Notes under the pieces: generated by a model
Told to the model about the DNA's origin: nothing
Seen by the model: the letters and a program-made list of their open reading frames with translations, nothing else
The model's database searches: none
Shown: in pieces, positions 33,730-44,476 of the stretch
How the letters are laid out: every line of letters starts with the position of its first letter
Position numbering within the stretch: position 1 is the stretch's first letter
Position numbers and translations under genes: made by a program
DNA from: a virus
Lineage: Duplodnaviria; Caudoviricetes
IMG/VR virus record: IMGVR_UViG_3300021387_000688
Direction: 5' to 3' (one strand)
Length of the DNA: 64,000 bases

Positions 33730-35576
33730 TAAAAACTCCTATAAGCTTCTGGGAATACTTTACTCCAAGCCGTCTTTGGTAATATTTCAATATTATCTAT
33801 TTTAGTTAAATTATTATCAAATCTAAAAGCATCCCCTTTAAACTTTTTAATACCATGAGATAAGGTTATGTGATGTAAATATCTACATTCCCTAAAAGCC
33901 ATGGAACCTAATTCTAATAAAGATTCTGGGAACTTGATTTCTACTAATCCGCTTCTTGCGAATGCATTAAATCCTATAGCTAATAAACCCTCTGGCAATT
34001 CTATTTGTTTTAAAGCTGTGCATCCATCAAATGCACTTTCTTCTATAGTTTTTACACTTTCAGGTAATTTAACCCATTCCAGTCTTTCACATCTATAGAA
34101 AGCAGATTTAGGAATAGATTCTAATCCTTTACCTATTGCAATATGTGTTATAGATTTAGAACCTTCAAAAGTAAAATCCGTACAAGTACCTGGAATATAT
34201 ATTTGAGTTACTTTAGAATTGCTAAAAGCATTCCTTCCTATTTTCTTTAATCCCAAAGGTAATTTAATATCTTCCAAAGAATTGCAATAATAGAAACAGT
34301 TTGACCCTAATGTCAATTCTTCTACTTCTTTAGGGAAGATTACTTTGTTTAAGTTTTTACAATAAGAGAATGCCCCTTTTCCAATACGTGCAATGTTACC
34401 AAATACCACTTCTTCAAGATTAGTGAATTCCCTAAAGGTATTTGCATAAATGTATTTGAAGGTAGAAGGGAATGTAATTTTTCTTACATTTGCAAACATA
34501 GAAGGATCGTGTTTAGCAATGTTTAAGTTCAATGCTGTTGCACCTTCAGGTATTACCAATTCTTCATCTGCAGGTATCTTTATTACAATTCCACCGGAGG
34601 TCATTATATAATCATCAATATGGTGCAATTGTTTTTTAAAGAATGCGTTTCTGTGAGGTTCTCTATAAATTGCATCAATACCAGTATCTACTGGACCCAA
34701 TTCATCTATTATGTCTTGTAAAGATACTCCTAAGTAAATATGGTTAGGGTTGTCATCTACTATCTTTTCAAGTAATTCTCTAGGAGCCCCCGTTAACATA
34801 AAACCGTAATGAGCTTTATCGAACTTATCCATAAAGTCTATATGATCAGGGCTATAAACTAATTGCCAAGCTTCAACATATTTTCCATCTACCCAGTATT
34901 GAATTACATACATTCTAGAATGGTGAGAGGTAGTATATGAATCCCAATAACCCTTACCAGCGGCTGTACACCATTTTGTCTTGTAATGGGATGTTCCTTC
35001 ATATATAAAAGGCTCTATTCCTGAAGCTAATACAGAATCACCTTCTTGTGTTTTAGGAGAAAAGAGTTTCCAAGTTCCATCATCGTAAAGAGTATCATAT
35101 AAAAAGTTTTCTGAAATTCCCGATACTTTTCTACCTTTCTTTGCTCTACGGGCTGATAAATATTCTATTATATCGTGTTCAAGCTTGTGCCAATCATCAT
35201 AATTAAAACTATTATCTTCTATAATGTTTTCTAGGATTTCGGTCCACGAATCATCTTTAAACCATTGAGTTCCGAAAGCCTGGGATAAAGCTATTAAAGT
35301 ATCTGGAGATTTATTAATTGCTTCTTCCCATTTTTCAGGACCATTAAAGGTACATTTAACTAAAAAGATGATAGTTTCGTCACCTGCAATATTAGGATCG
35401 TCTCCTAATAGAGTTAAAGTGGCGTCTACTAAGTTTGCAAAATGATCTGGATCTTCTAACATCCAAGCAGGAATATATTTTTTACCACCGATTCTTCCTG
35501 CCAATTTTCCATTACTTAATATCTCTAAAGCGTCTTGGGAACTACGAATAGACCTTTTTTCCAATAAATGTTTCAT
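33729..35576 (-). CDS. BspA/TpLRR-type leucine-rich repeat protein with TKWCT N-terminal domain
   Basis: C-terminal LRR repeats. Confidence 0.88.
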   Translation of the reverse strand: MKHLLEKRSIRSSQDALEILSNGKLAGRIGGKKYIPAWMLEDPDHFANLVDATLTLLGDDPNIAGDETIIFLVKCTFNGPEKWEEAINKSPDTLIALSQAFGTQWFKDDSWTEILENIIEDNSFNYDDWHKLEHDIIEYLSARRAKKGRKVSGISENFLYDTLYDDGTWKLFSPKTQEGDSVLASGIEPFIYEGTSHYKTKWCTAAGKGYWDSYTTSHHSRMYVIQYWVDGKYVEAWQLVYSPDHIDFMDKFDKAHYGFMLTGAPRELLEKIVDDNPNHIYLGVSLQDIIDELGPVDTGIDAIYREPHRNAFFKKQLHHIDDYIMTSGGIVIKIPADEELVIPEGATALNLNIAKHDPSMFANVRKITFPSTFKYIYANTFREFTNLEEVVFGNIARIGKGAFSYCKNLNKVIFPKEVEELTLGSNCFYYCNSLEDIKLPLGLKKIGRNAFSNSKVTQIYIPGTCTDFTFEGSKSITHIAIGKGLESIPKSAFYRCERLEWVKLPESVKTIEESAFDGCTALKQIELPEGLLAIGFNAFARSGLVEIKFPESLLELGSMAFRECRYLHHITLSHGIKKFKGDAFRFDNNLTKIDNIEILPKTAWSKVFPEAYRSF

Positions 35577-35649
35577 AATAATTATTTAGTATAGAAAACT
35601 TCATCTTCGAAAAAAGCTATATTATAATTGTAATTAATTATTAGTTGTT

Positions 35650-36040
35650 TATTTATGGAAGGGTGTCTAGATGAGAACCATCGAACGATATCCATAAAGA
35701 AGGTTGATAATCCGCAAGGGCACTAATGGACAATCATTGATTGTACTGCGCGGCGGCCTAACAACTTAACTCATTAAGTTGAAAACGGCGTACAAGGCTG
35801 ATAGATGTCGTGGCCAGGTAACAACACTGATGAGATGCAAAAATTGCCATACTAGGTTTTTTCAGAAACTGAAAGAAAGATTTAATCTTTTGTATGCACA
35901 TTGAAATGTTGCTGAAACAACATGATTTGCGAGTGGACGTTCGCGAGGCGCACCTAACCACAATAAAAAGAAGCCCTATGGTAGCTTAGCGCGAGGTTAA
36001 GTGAGAGTAAGGAAACTTTAATAGGACGAGCCTGCTTTGT
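35650..36040 (+). ncRNA. Putative structured ncRNA(s)
   Basis: No credible ORF, raised GC, follows GCTATATTAT box near 35616, many short hairpins. Confidence 0.4.
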
Positions 36041-36101
36041 AGAAAACTATAGCTTTGAAAAAAGCTATATTAAATATACAGTAATTAATAATTACTTAAA
36101 T

Positions 36102-36185
36102 GGGCTAGTCAGTTAACGGCTAGGCTCTACGTTAAAGCCGATAGTGGAAAGCGTAGGAATGTGGGTTCGAATCCCATCTAGTCCA
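36102..36185 (+). tRNA. tRNA-like RNA with about 18-nt expanded anticodon loop
   Basis: GGGCTAG/CTAGTCC acceptor, AGTT/GGCT D arm, GTGGG-TTCGAAT-CCCAT T arm, TACGT/GCGTA stem. Confidence 0.65.
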
Positions 36186-36189
36186 TCCT

Positions 36190-36672
36190 CAAAACCGTCG
36201 TCCTAAGTTCGTACTAGGACATTTGAGAAGAGTGAGAAGCTGTTTGACGGTTAACTGAAGGCTTCCGCCAATTCGGTTCAGATGTTTTATGTGGGTTTCC
36301 GCAAGGCATTTGTTAAGAGAGTAAAGGAGTTTAAGCTTTGCGATGTTAGTATTGTAAGGTTTCCTGAACTTTAAGAATTGGTCGCTCCTGGGTTTTTATT
36401 ACCTCTTATTATAGTCATCCAGGAGTGGTTCTCAAAATCATTTTGAGATTTTTTTATCCGGTCCCGGTATTGGGATGCGAGTCCGGTTTATCCGGTATTT
36501 ATGCGGTCGGCTCACGGAGTGAAAAACTTAAGATTCGTCTTCGGAAACGGATTCGGAATCTGAGGCCCTAATAGTTAAACGTCTTTTCACCGCGAAGATT
36601 GATACTATGGGAGTCTCCGTATTTGTACCTCCTGAAGGGTCCTCTTACGTCGTAAGGGGGCCTTTCTTTTTG
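36190..36672 (+). ncRNA. Putative structured ncRNA(s) ending in a terminator
   Basis: AACCGTC/GACGGTT, CGCTCCTGG/CCAGGAGTG, AGATTC/GAATCT helices; final GC hairpin plus T tract. Confidence 0.4.
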
Positions 36673-36747
36673 GTAAAATTTTTTAACATTTTTGAAACTT
36701 TAGAATCCAAAGAAAGCTATATTATAAGTGTACGTAGGAGGTACGAA

Positions 36748-36990
36748 ATGGCAAAAGCAAAGGAATATACAATCATTAAATATCACCGTGGCCGCGAATC
36801 TGAAGTAACTGGTACTCTTGAATATCTTAAGAAATATTTCGGCTATACGCTTGAATGTGGTCATAGCTGGAATCGTAGAATCAATCCAGATCCAAAAACA
36901 TTTAAGTCGCTTGTAAATGCATTGAATGCAAGTGTAAGAGAAACACAGGGCTCTTGTTGGGATCCTGATCACTACAGTATTCCAGAGTAA
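36748..36990 (+). CDS. Conserved phage hypothetical protein (YF.YTLE.G.SW motif)
   Basis: AGGAGG RBS, promoter box upstream. Confidence 0.75.
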   Translation: MAKAKEYTIIKYHRGRESEVTGTLEYLKKYFGYTLECGHSWNRRINPDPKTFKSLVNALNASVRETQGSCWDPDHYSIPE

Positions 36991-37042
36991 GCGATTTTTC
37001 AAATCACTAATTTTTTAATATAATAGAATAAGAGGAATATAG

Positions 37043-38041
37043 ATGAACACTACAGGTTATTCAAATCAAGAAATCAGCGGAATGGTTCCAATTGAGAAAA
37101 TCATTGAACCTCAGTATAAAGCACAGGCTAAGCAGTATGCAGAATATCTCAACTCAATTACATTGACAGGTAATAAGAGCCGTACAAATCGTACACCAGA
37201 AGATATGCAGAAGGATGCAGAAGCAATTGATATCCTTCATCAGTTGCAGGAATGTAACGATCCAGCTTTGGCATATGGATTTATGCTTTACGATGAAGCC
37301 CATATCGTTAAAATCTATTGGGCAAAACGTTGTGGTAAGTTGCGCCAGAACAAAGCTGAGTTCTTCAATCAGGATGTTTACTTGCAGTGGTTAACTCAGA
37401 TCTTTGCAACTTTGAACGGGGATCATGAAAAGTTCCATGATCCACTTTACTTCTATAAATTGAATTCAACTGCTACAAGATCAGGAAAGAAAGTAGGTGA
37501 CTACGATGTTATGAACAGTTTCCGTACTCACTGGAATATGTACTTCCTTCCAATCTTGGCTCAGTATCTTTTCAAACTTGATCAGTTGGAATTTGAAGGA
37601 GGAGCAGTTTCAATTGAAGCTTCTCTTGAAAACGAAGATGGTGGACATCACTTGGATGCTGAACTTGCTAAGAATGCAAAAACAGTTTGGAGCGTTGAAC
37701 AGCAGGATACTTTTGATGAAGTAGAAGCTTTCCTCAAAACATTCCTTAAAGCTCCTTTGAATCAGCCAATTCCTGTAAAAGCAGGTTCACGTAGCGCCGG
37801 TGTAACATATACAGATGTAATGAAAGCTATCGTACATGCTTCAGTTTCATCTGCAGCAGGTTTGCGTTCTGAATTAGGATTGTCAATGTCTATCCTTAAC
37901 AGAACAACTGAATATATTTACCGTTTGATTGAAAAACGCGGATTGACAATTCAAGATTTTGCTGATTATCTTTCAAGTTACTCAACAGTAGCTATTGATA
38001 TCTTGGATGGTAAACCAAACTCATTCCGCATGGTAGAATAG
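37043..38041 (+). CDS. Possible divergent sigma-factor-like protein
   Basis: SIEASLENEDG (region 3.2-like) followed by HTH-like ELGLS segment. Confidence 0.35.
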   Translation: MNTTGYSNQEISGMVPIEKIIEPQYKAQAKQYAEYLNSITLTGNKSRTNRTPEDMQKDAEAIDILHQLQECNDPALAYGFMLYDEAHIVKIYWAKRCGKLRQNKAEFFNQDVYLQWLTQIFATLNGDHEKFHDPLYFYKLNSTATRSGKKVGDYDVMNSFRTHWNMYFLPILAQYLFKLDQLEFEGGAVSIEASLENEDGGHHLDAELAKNAKTVWSVEQQDTFDEVEAFLKTFLKAPLNQPIPVKAGSRSAGVTYTDVMKAIVHASVSSAAGLRSELGLSMSILNRTTEYIYRLIEKRGLTIQDFADYLSSYSTVAIDILDGKPNSFRMVE

Positions 38042-38139
38042 TTAAAACAAAGTTTCATAATAAGGTAGATACAAAAGTATCTACCTTTTTTATTGCCCTT
38101 TTCTATATTATAAATAAAATATTGAAGAGGTATAATGCC

Positions 38140-38721
38140 ATGTATAGTACAATACGTTTACAACCTTTCGATGAAAAACATATTACGGAAGAAATAGAAT
38201 TCTTATTAAGGGTTGCAGCAAATAACAAAAAAGTAAAAGATTGTTATGATAAGTTGGGTGGATTAGATAGGTGCCTAAACTTCTGTAAAAAGAATTACTT
38301 TGCAATTATTCCTATAAATTATGATTTGTGGGATTCTATGAATTTCATTGAGAAGAGGCAAGTTAGACAACTTAAAAACTTATATAAATACCCACAGTTG
38401 TTTGACAAATTGTTTATAATCATTTTTGTTAATGAAGCAACTTTATCTACTTTGGATAAAAACATTTCCAAGTATTTCGAAAAAGGGTATAGAGAAAATC
38501 ATTTACAGATAGTTTGTACAGAATCTGAAAGATACGGATCTTATGAATACGTAATCCAGGGTATTAGCTCTAAACAAATCGTTTGGAAAAAATATGAAGG
38601 CCCTGAAACTTTAAGTAAAGTAATTACAAACATTTTGAAAACAATCTCTAAAAAAGATAATAGTAAAGATTTGCAATCAATAATTGTGCAGTACAGTGCT
38701 GGCACATCTGCGGTATCCTAA
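38140..38721 (+). CDS. Hypothetical protein
   Basis: GAGG RBS. Confidence 0.65.
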   Translation: MYSTIRLQPFDEKHITEEIEFLLRVAANNKKVKDCYDKLGGLDRCLNFCKKNYFAIIPINYDLWDSMNFIEKRQVRQLKNLYKYPQLFDKLFIIIFVNEATLSTLDKNISKYFEKGYRENHLQIVCTESERYGSYEYVIQGISSKQIVWKKYEGPETLSKVITNILKTISKKDNSKDLQSIIVQYSAGTSAVS

Positions 38722-38748
38722 CTATAATAATTTAAAGGAAAAAATTAA

Positions 38749-39675
38749 ATGCCAACAAATATTTCAGTATCAAAAAAGAAATGTTTCGAGGGATGTAAAC
38801 TTCAGTTTAAGTATCAATATATTGATCATATTAAACCAGTAGAAGATGTTACACCTGACGTTACACAGAAAGGTCTGGTAATGCACCAGACATTCGAACA
38901 TCTGCTTCAGTTTGAAAATTATGAAGGGGATGTAGCAAAATTACCTTATCGCCAGGCGTCTACGGAAGACATTATGAAGATCTTCCAGAAAGCAGTAGAA
39001 GAAAATCACCTAACTGCAGAAGCCGCTAAGAAGTATAAACTTAAGAAAGGTATTAAAAGATGGTTATCGTTTAAGCACGATTATATGGATAAGAGAGGAC
39101 ATATCTTTTATGCAGAAAAGAAGTATGAAGAGTACTTGTTTGGAGAAACAAAAACAACAGCTATTCTCGACTTGGTAGAAGATAACGGGGACGGAACTTA
39201 CAACATCTATGACTATAAGACCCCTCAGAAAGTTAACTTGAAGTTGTACGAAGAGCAGTTGATGACTTATGCATATATGATGGCCGTAGTTAAAGGAATT
39301 ATTCCTCTCAACTCAGAAGATTATGATAAGGTTGCAGAACATTTTAAGCTTTATGTATTCTTCCCATTGTTAGATGCAGACCATGAAGATTATGGTCCAA
39401 GTCTTAAGCAAGTAAAGTTTACAGGTGCAAAAGTTAAAAACACAATTGAGCATTTGAAAGAAGTTTGTTCACAGATTGATGCATTTGACTTTACAAAACC
39501 TGCAGAAGCTTTGATGCCTCCAAAGGTTGAGTTTACTTGTAACTGGTGTAGCTTCTGCGGGGCGAAACCAAATCCTGAAATTGGATTTGAAGGTTGCCCA
39601 ATAACTTCTTTTGCAGGATTCTTACAAAAAACGGAATTCAAAAAGGAAGAGTATAAAAAAGAAGAAAAGAAATAA
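38749..39675 (+). CDS. PD-(D/E)XK RecB/Cas4-like exonuclease
   Basis: N-terminal Cys, G...H, ILD...DYKT, QL..YA, CNWC..C motifs. Confidence 0.82.
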   Translation: MPTNISVSKKKCFEGCKLQFKYQYIDHIKPVEDVTPDVTQKGLVMHQTFEHLLQFENYEGDVAKLPYRQASTEDIMKIFQKAVEENHLTAEAAKKYKLKKGIKRWLSFKHDYMDKRGHIFYAEKKYEEYLFGETKTTAILDLVEDNGDGTYNIYDYKTPQKVNLKLYEEQLMTYAYMMAVVKGIIPLNSEDYDKVAEHFKLYVFFPLLDADHEDYGPSLKQVKFTGAKVKNTIEHLKEVCSQIDAFDFTKPAEALMPPKVEFTCNWCSFCGAKPNPEIGFEGCPITSFAGFLQKTEFKKEEYKKEEKK

Positions 39676-39706
39676 TTAAAAGGCTCCTTACGGAGCCTTT
39701 TTTACT

Positions 39707-42058
39707 TTATTGTAAAATTGTTGCAGTTATATTGTTGTAATACATTACTGTATCCCAATCAGAAGTTACTGTAAAGTCTGCAGGTTCAATTGAGAAAGAA
39801 GCGTTACAGGTTCTATAATCAATTGCAGATTGCAAACTTGCATAAGCTTTAGACCTTATGGTTTCCCAACCCGTGGATTTCATATTTCCTTTATAACCTA
39901 ACAATGCAACTACTTCTTCTGCAGGAATGAATAAGTAAGCTTCACAACCCTGAGATGTAGGATTGAAGTAGTAGTAAGGGGTTGTAAATAATCCAAATGA
40001 ACCTTTCAAGTTAGAAGAGAAGTCTTGCAAATCAGCTCTGGTGAAAGTGTGCTTTTCTTTTAAAGTTTCTGCCAATGTATACCTGTTACTAGAAGATGTT
40101 GCTCCCCATACCTTATACATCTGCGTACTACCCATATTGGATTTTACAGAGTCTCCTGGCAATGCAGTCTTATCATTACTAACATCGTCTGTAATTACAT
40201 AAGTAACTTTATTACCTGCAATTGACAAATTGTATACACCTACTACTTGGTTACCATCTTTGCTGTTTTTACAGCATAAACCATCTTTACCAGTTACATC
40301 CAATTTCAATTTAGGGAATTCGAATTTGAATCCGAAATAATCTTTATCCCCGATTTCTATAGATAACAACTCTGTAGAGTTTACTGTTAATAAACTTGTA
40401 TTCCAAATAGATGCAATATTGTCACTAAACTGTAAACTGCGTTTAATCAATTCAGATTGATTATAAGCATCAATTGTATTAGTATTTGGTTTACCTACTT
40501 CTGAATAAAGATGTGCGGCCAAATCAGATTCAAACCTTTCTGGAGAAATAATAGAGTTGTGCAACTCTACTTCTATTGCAGAATCGATTTCTACAATGTT
40601 TGGACTTACATATTTAATAATTTTGTTAGACAATACCTTATCGTTAATTACCAAATTAGAAATCTTATTGAAAAGAGAAATCTCAGTAGGTGTCAAAGGA
40701 TTCAAAGCTGTTGATAATCCTGTTACTCCGATTACGTTTCTATACATTGCTACATCATTTAACATTGTCTTTTCATAGAATGTTTTAATAATAGTTTTGA
40801 TAAGAGGAATAGGAGAAACCAAATTCAAGTTATCATTAAGCTCTGAAATTGTGTGCAGGATTTTATAGTTTTTAGAATAAGCAGTTTCTGCATTGGCTTT
40901 AAATTCTGCCAACGTTTCCAAATCTTTACCACCTATAATAGGCCATACATTTTGACAACCTATAGCGAATGGAATGTTATTTGAACTGAATTCTGGAATT
41001 GTAGGATTTTCAAAATCTACTGTTTTTGGAATAGTAATAGAATATTTGAAAGAATACAAATCATTGATGTTACCTGCTTCACCCCTTGTCTCCAAATAAT
41101 GTAAAGTAATCTTTGCACCATCAGGAGGAATAGCACCGTTTACGCCATCTCCGAATTTGATTTCGGTTCCAGATAAGTCATCTGTAATGTTTATTTCAAA
41201 TACTTTATCTGTTGCAGTAGCTACACCTAAGTGTTGAATTTCTTCCCAATGTTCGTTATCCCCTTCTACTTCAACCCAGCAGAATTGAGAAGTATAATAA
41301 CTGTCTGCTGCTTCAATATCTACAGTACCTAACATAAAAGATTGGGCTGCAGTATTATCAGAATTTCCTAAGTAAGTAGTTTTTTGAACACCTTGTACAA
41401 TTGGTACTACAAGATATTTATATCCTTCCCAACCACCGGAAGCTCTAAAGGAATTATATAAAGAAGCTTTGTTGTAAATACGAGACCATTTTTGTTCCCA
41501 AGTTTTAATAGTACAGTGTTTAGCACAAACAAATTCTGTACCATTATTTGCAGTAAAGATAGCTCCTACAGGAACCGAATATTTGGTAGTAGGAATCCAA
41601 GGTACTAAAGCAGACTTAAATGTATTTGCATCGTCTACTAAAGAATCATCAAGGTTTATAAGTTCTCCATCATCATAGTTACTTTCTGTATCAATGTTTA
41701 CAATTGATTTACCGATATTAGAGAATCTTGTATTACCTTCCAAGTCAGAATGGCTTACAATAATAGTTCCTACAGCGCTGTGTTTTCTGTTTAGTTTTTT
41801 AGAAACCAACTTAGCCATATGCTTAGTTGATGGGAAGTTTCTACTAGTATCCCATTTTAATTCCTGAAGTAAATATTCTCCGTACCTGGCAATCTCAGCA
41901 TTAGATTCTGCATGAGTTTCAATAAGTTGGTGAACGGCACCACCTACTTGTACGTTCTTCCATTTTGATTTCTTTTGTAAAACGGCTAATTCCCTTTCTG
42001 TAATTGCCTCTGGATCAAATCGTTTAATTTTGGGGCCTCCAAATATCTTATTTTTCAA
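39707..42058 (-). CDS. Baseplate wedge subunit (T4 gp6-like)
   Basis: IKFGDGVNGAIP..G..I...Y..T.G..GN and GG.D.ET motifs. Confidence 0.8.
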   Translation of the reverse strand: MKNKIFGGPKIKRFDPEAITERELAVLQKKSKWKNVQVGGAVHQLIETHAESNAEIARYGEYLLQELKWDTSRNFPSTKHMAKLVSKKLNRKHSAVGTIIVSHSDLEGNTRFSNIGKSIVNIDTESNYDDGELINLDDSLVDDANTFKSALVPWIPTTKYSVPVGAIFTANNGTEFVCAKHCTIKTWEQKWSRIYNKASLYNSFRASGGWEGYKYLVVPIVQGVQKTTYLGNSDNTAAQSFMLGTVDIEAADSYYTSQFCWVEVEGDNEHWEEIQHLGVATATDKVFEINITDDLSGTEIKFGDGVNGAIPPDGAKITLHYLETRGEAGNINDLYSFKYSITIPKTVDFENPTIPEFSSNNIPFAIGCQNVWPIIGGKDLETLAEFKANAETAYSKNYKILHTISELNDNLNLVSPIPLIKTIIKTFYEKTMLNDVAMYRNVIGVTGLSTALNPLTPTEISLFNKISNLVINDKVLSNKIIKYVSPNIVEIDSAIEVELHNSIISPERFESDLAAHLYSEVGKPNTNTIDAYNQSELIKRSLQFSDNIASIWNTSLLTVNSTELLSIEIGDKDYFGFKFEFPKLKLDVTGKDGLCCKNSKDGNQVVGVYNLSIAGNKVTYVITDDVSNDKTALPGDSVKSNMGSTQMYKVWGATSSSNRYTLAETLKEKHTFTRADLQDFSSNLKGSFGLFTTPYYYFNPTSQGCEAYLFIPAEEVVALLGYKGNMKSTGWETIRSKAYASLQSAIDYRTCNASFSIEPADFTVTSDWDTVMYYNNITATILQ

Positions 42059-42095
42059 TTAGTGAATACTTCTATAATTAAGAACTAAATATCTT

Positions 42096-44102
42096 ATGAG
42101 TGACTTTATAAATCCAGGTTTTTACGAGAAAGTAAGATTAGATCAGCATGGTAATGTTATAGATGCAGGGCATTTGGAAGCAAAAGATATTCCTGAGCAT
42201 AAACACACCTTAGCGGATTTAGATGCAGATGAAATCCAAAGAAAGGTAATAGAAACTTTATCTACTATATTTGCAAACTCTGAAAGTTCTGCAGTTATAT
42301 TTGATTGGGACCCTTACACTAACACTGTTTCTGCAGATGTTAACATTGATGATGAAACTATTACTAAAAACGAATATGGCCAATTAATTGGTTGCTCTAG
42401 TTCCATAAGTGAAGGAACTGACTTAAACTTGGATGACGTATTAGAGGCTATAAATCCTAAACTAGAAAAACTTAAGAAAGAAATGAATGAAGATATCTCC
42501 AAAATGTTTGTAGATGATATGAACGATGGAGTTAAATTCGATTTCGATAAAACAACTAATACCTTCTCCGCAGATGTTAAAATAGATGGTGTTACTATTA
42601 TTAAAAATGAATTCGGGGAATTATGCGTAGCGTTAGGAGAAGGAGGAGAAGTAAGTCCTGTTAATACTAGTTGTGCTACTCATACTCATACTCATAATGA
42701 CATTGAAGATTTTGCAGACGCCGTTAAGAATTTATTTGAACAGTGGGCTCAAGCTATTAATATTGACATTTCTAACTACATTGATAATGAAACAATTATA
42801 TTAAATGAGTATGGCCAGATTAGTTCCGTATCCAACATTGTAAAGAAACATACTCATAAGATGGAAGATATTACAGATTACGTTCCTCCAGATCCTGCTG
42901 CCCGTCAAGCTATGAAAGATTTAGGAGAAGATGTAGTTTACGATTTAGGTGTAATTGATTTTGAAGAATTAAACATCGGATATTCTATCTTAGCTTTAAG
43001 TCAATATATTAAAGATGTTGTACTTAAAAAAATTGATAGAGTTACTAATCTTCTTGCAGAGTTTGAATTAAACAACGGGGGCAACGGAATTGGATCTGTA
43101 TTGAAAATAGATCCAAATAGCCTTTCAAATGATTTATATGATAAGATAAGTAAAGTATACCGCAGGGTTTACTATACAAACGCTTTATGGTTGATATTGG
43201 ATTATTTGCCAAAAGCAACTGGTATCATGAAACTTATCATCAATGATAATGAAGTTGATAGATGTAGTTTAGATTCTTTACAATATATTGGTTCTGGAGC
43301 AGGTGGATTTGTAGTGCAAAGAACCTACGTTAAAGGTATCGGCATAGCTAAGGTTATAAGAATTAACATGGCCAACTACATTCAAAGTGAAGGTATCTTT
43401 AATATAAGAATAGAATTCGAATCCGATGGAGGGGTTAAAGATTCATTGCCTTCTTTAACTATTGCAACTTCTCCTTATAAATCCTTACCATATGAAATTG
43501 AAGACGTTACTCAAACTCATAAAATAGGTAAGAATAATTATTACGATGTACCTACAGTTTACCGTTATAGAGTTTCTATTAAAGATTATGCAAACTATAG
43601 ATTTATAAACGATGTTGCAGGCTTTAAGAATGGTTATTTTGAGCACGATTACTTTGGCGACGTTGATATTTCTGTACCAAACTTATTTGAGCCTACTCAA
43701 CTTTCTTTACAGTTTAAGTTAAATCCAGAAGTAAGTAAATCTGAATTGTACCAGCTTGTTAAAGATGTAAGAAATTCTGTTATTGTAAATGATGTCTGGG
43801 TTCCAAACAATTCAATTGCAGAAGCAATCTTTGAAATCCCTAGAAGTGAAAAATATAACTCTATTAGAATTTGGGGAATCGATAATGATTCGTTTAGTAT
43901 TACAAAAGGTGAGTTAGTAGCAGATGCTCGTGTAGAAGCAGAATATCCTAACCACGCCGGAAGAATCTTTAACGAAGCAGATTACAAGTTGTTATCTTTC
44001 TTAGATTGTTACGACAACGGTAGGACAAAAATGCAACTACACTTAAAAGGCGGCAATCAAGTAAACCTTGCAAATGTTTACTTTGAATTGGAAAATATTT
44101 AA
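42096..44102 (+). CDS. Tail fibre-like protein with HxH repeats
   Basis: HKHTLADL, HTHTHNDI, HTHKMEDI and three ID..TI..NEYGQ repeats. Confidence 0.6.
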   Translation: MSDFINPGFYEKVRLDQHGNVIDAGHLEAKDIPEHKHTLADLDADEIQRKVIETLSTIFANSESSAVIFDWDPYTNTVSADVNIDDETITKNEYGQLIGCSSSISEGTDLNLDDVLEAINPKLEKLKKEMNEDISKMFVDDMNDGVKFDFDKTTNTFSADVKIDGVTIIKNEFGELCVALGEGGEVSPVNTSCATHTHTHNDIEDFADAVKNLFEQWAQAINIDISNYIDNETIILNEYGQISSVSNIVKKHTHKMEDITDYVPPDPAARQAMKDLGEDVVYDLGVIDFEELNIGYSILALSQYIKDVVLKKIDRVTNLLAEFELNNGGNGIGSVLKIDPNSLSNDLYDKISKVYRRVYYTNALWLILDYLPKATGIMKLIINDNEVDRCSLDSLQYIGSGAGGFVVQRTYVKGIGIAKVIRINMANYIQSEGIFNIRIEFESDGGVKDSLPSLTIATSPYKSLPYEIEDVTQTHKIGKNNYYDVPTVYRYRVSIKDYANYRFINDVAGFKNGYFEHDYFGDVDISVPNLFEPTQLSLQFKLNPEVSKSELYQLVKDVRNSVIVNDVWVPNNSIAEAIFEIPRSEKYNSIRIWGIDNDSFSITKGELVADARVEAEYPNHAGRIFNEADYKLLSFLDCYDNGRTKMQLHLKGGNQVNLANVYFELENI

Positions 44103-44395
44103 CCTTTAGGTAATGTCTTTCCTTTTTCATCCATAGTTGGCCAAAGGTTTACAACATTAATGGTATCGTTATCAGCTACAAGATCGAATCCTTCTTCATC
44201 AAACTCTACCTGCCCCTCTTCATTGCGTTTAGCAAGTTCGATAGCCTCTTCTTCGGTTTTAGCCATTACAGTTACCCTATCAGAAACAGAAGCAGTATAA
44301 CTACGTTCTACTACCCACTTAACCGGCTTATCCAGGGCTTTAACGGGCTGATTTTCCAAGAATGCGTCAATATCCTTACCAGATACTTTTTCCAT
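44099..44395 (-). CDS. Hypothetical protein
   Basis: AAGGAG RBS; V.A.TEEEA motif. Confidence 0.65.
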   Translation of the reverse strand: MEKVSGKDIDAFLENQPVKALDKPVKWVVERSYTASVSDRVTVMAKTEEEAIELAKRNEEGQVEFDEEGFDLVADNDTINVVNLWPTMDEKGKTLPKG

Positions 44396-44476
44396 GGTTT
44401 TTCTCCTTAATAAACAATATAGTAGGGGTTTCGGATTTTGGCAAAATAAAAGCCCCTTATTCAAAGGGGCTTGTAA

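Noticed and set aside
29180-35576. Diversity-generating retroelement targeting the LRR genes
   Set aside because: No reverse transcriptase and no adenine-specific TR/VR pair seen; the similarity reflects old gene duplication.
38749-39675. Cas4 as part of a CRISPR-Cas locus
   Set aside because: Solo Cas4-like nucleases are common in phages; no array or other cas genes in the window.
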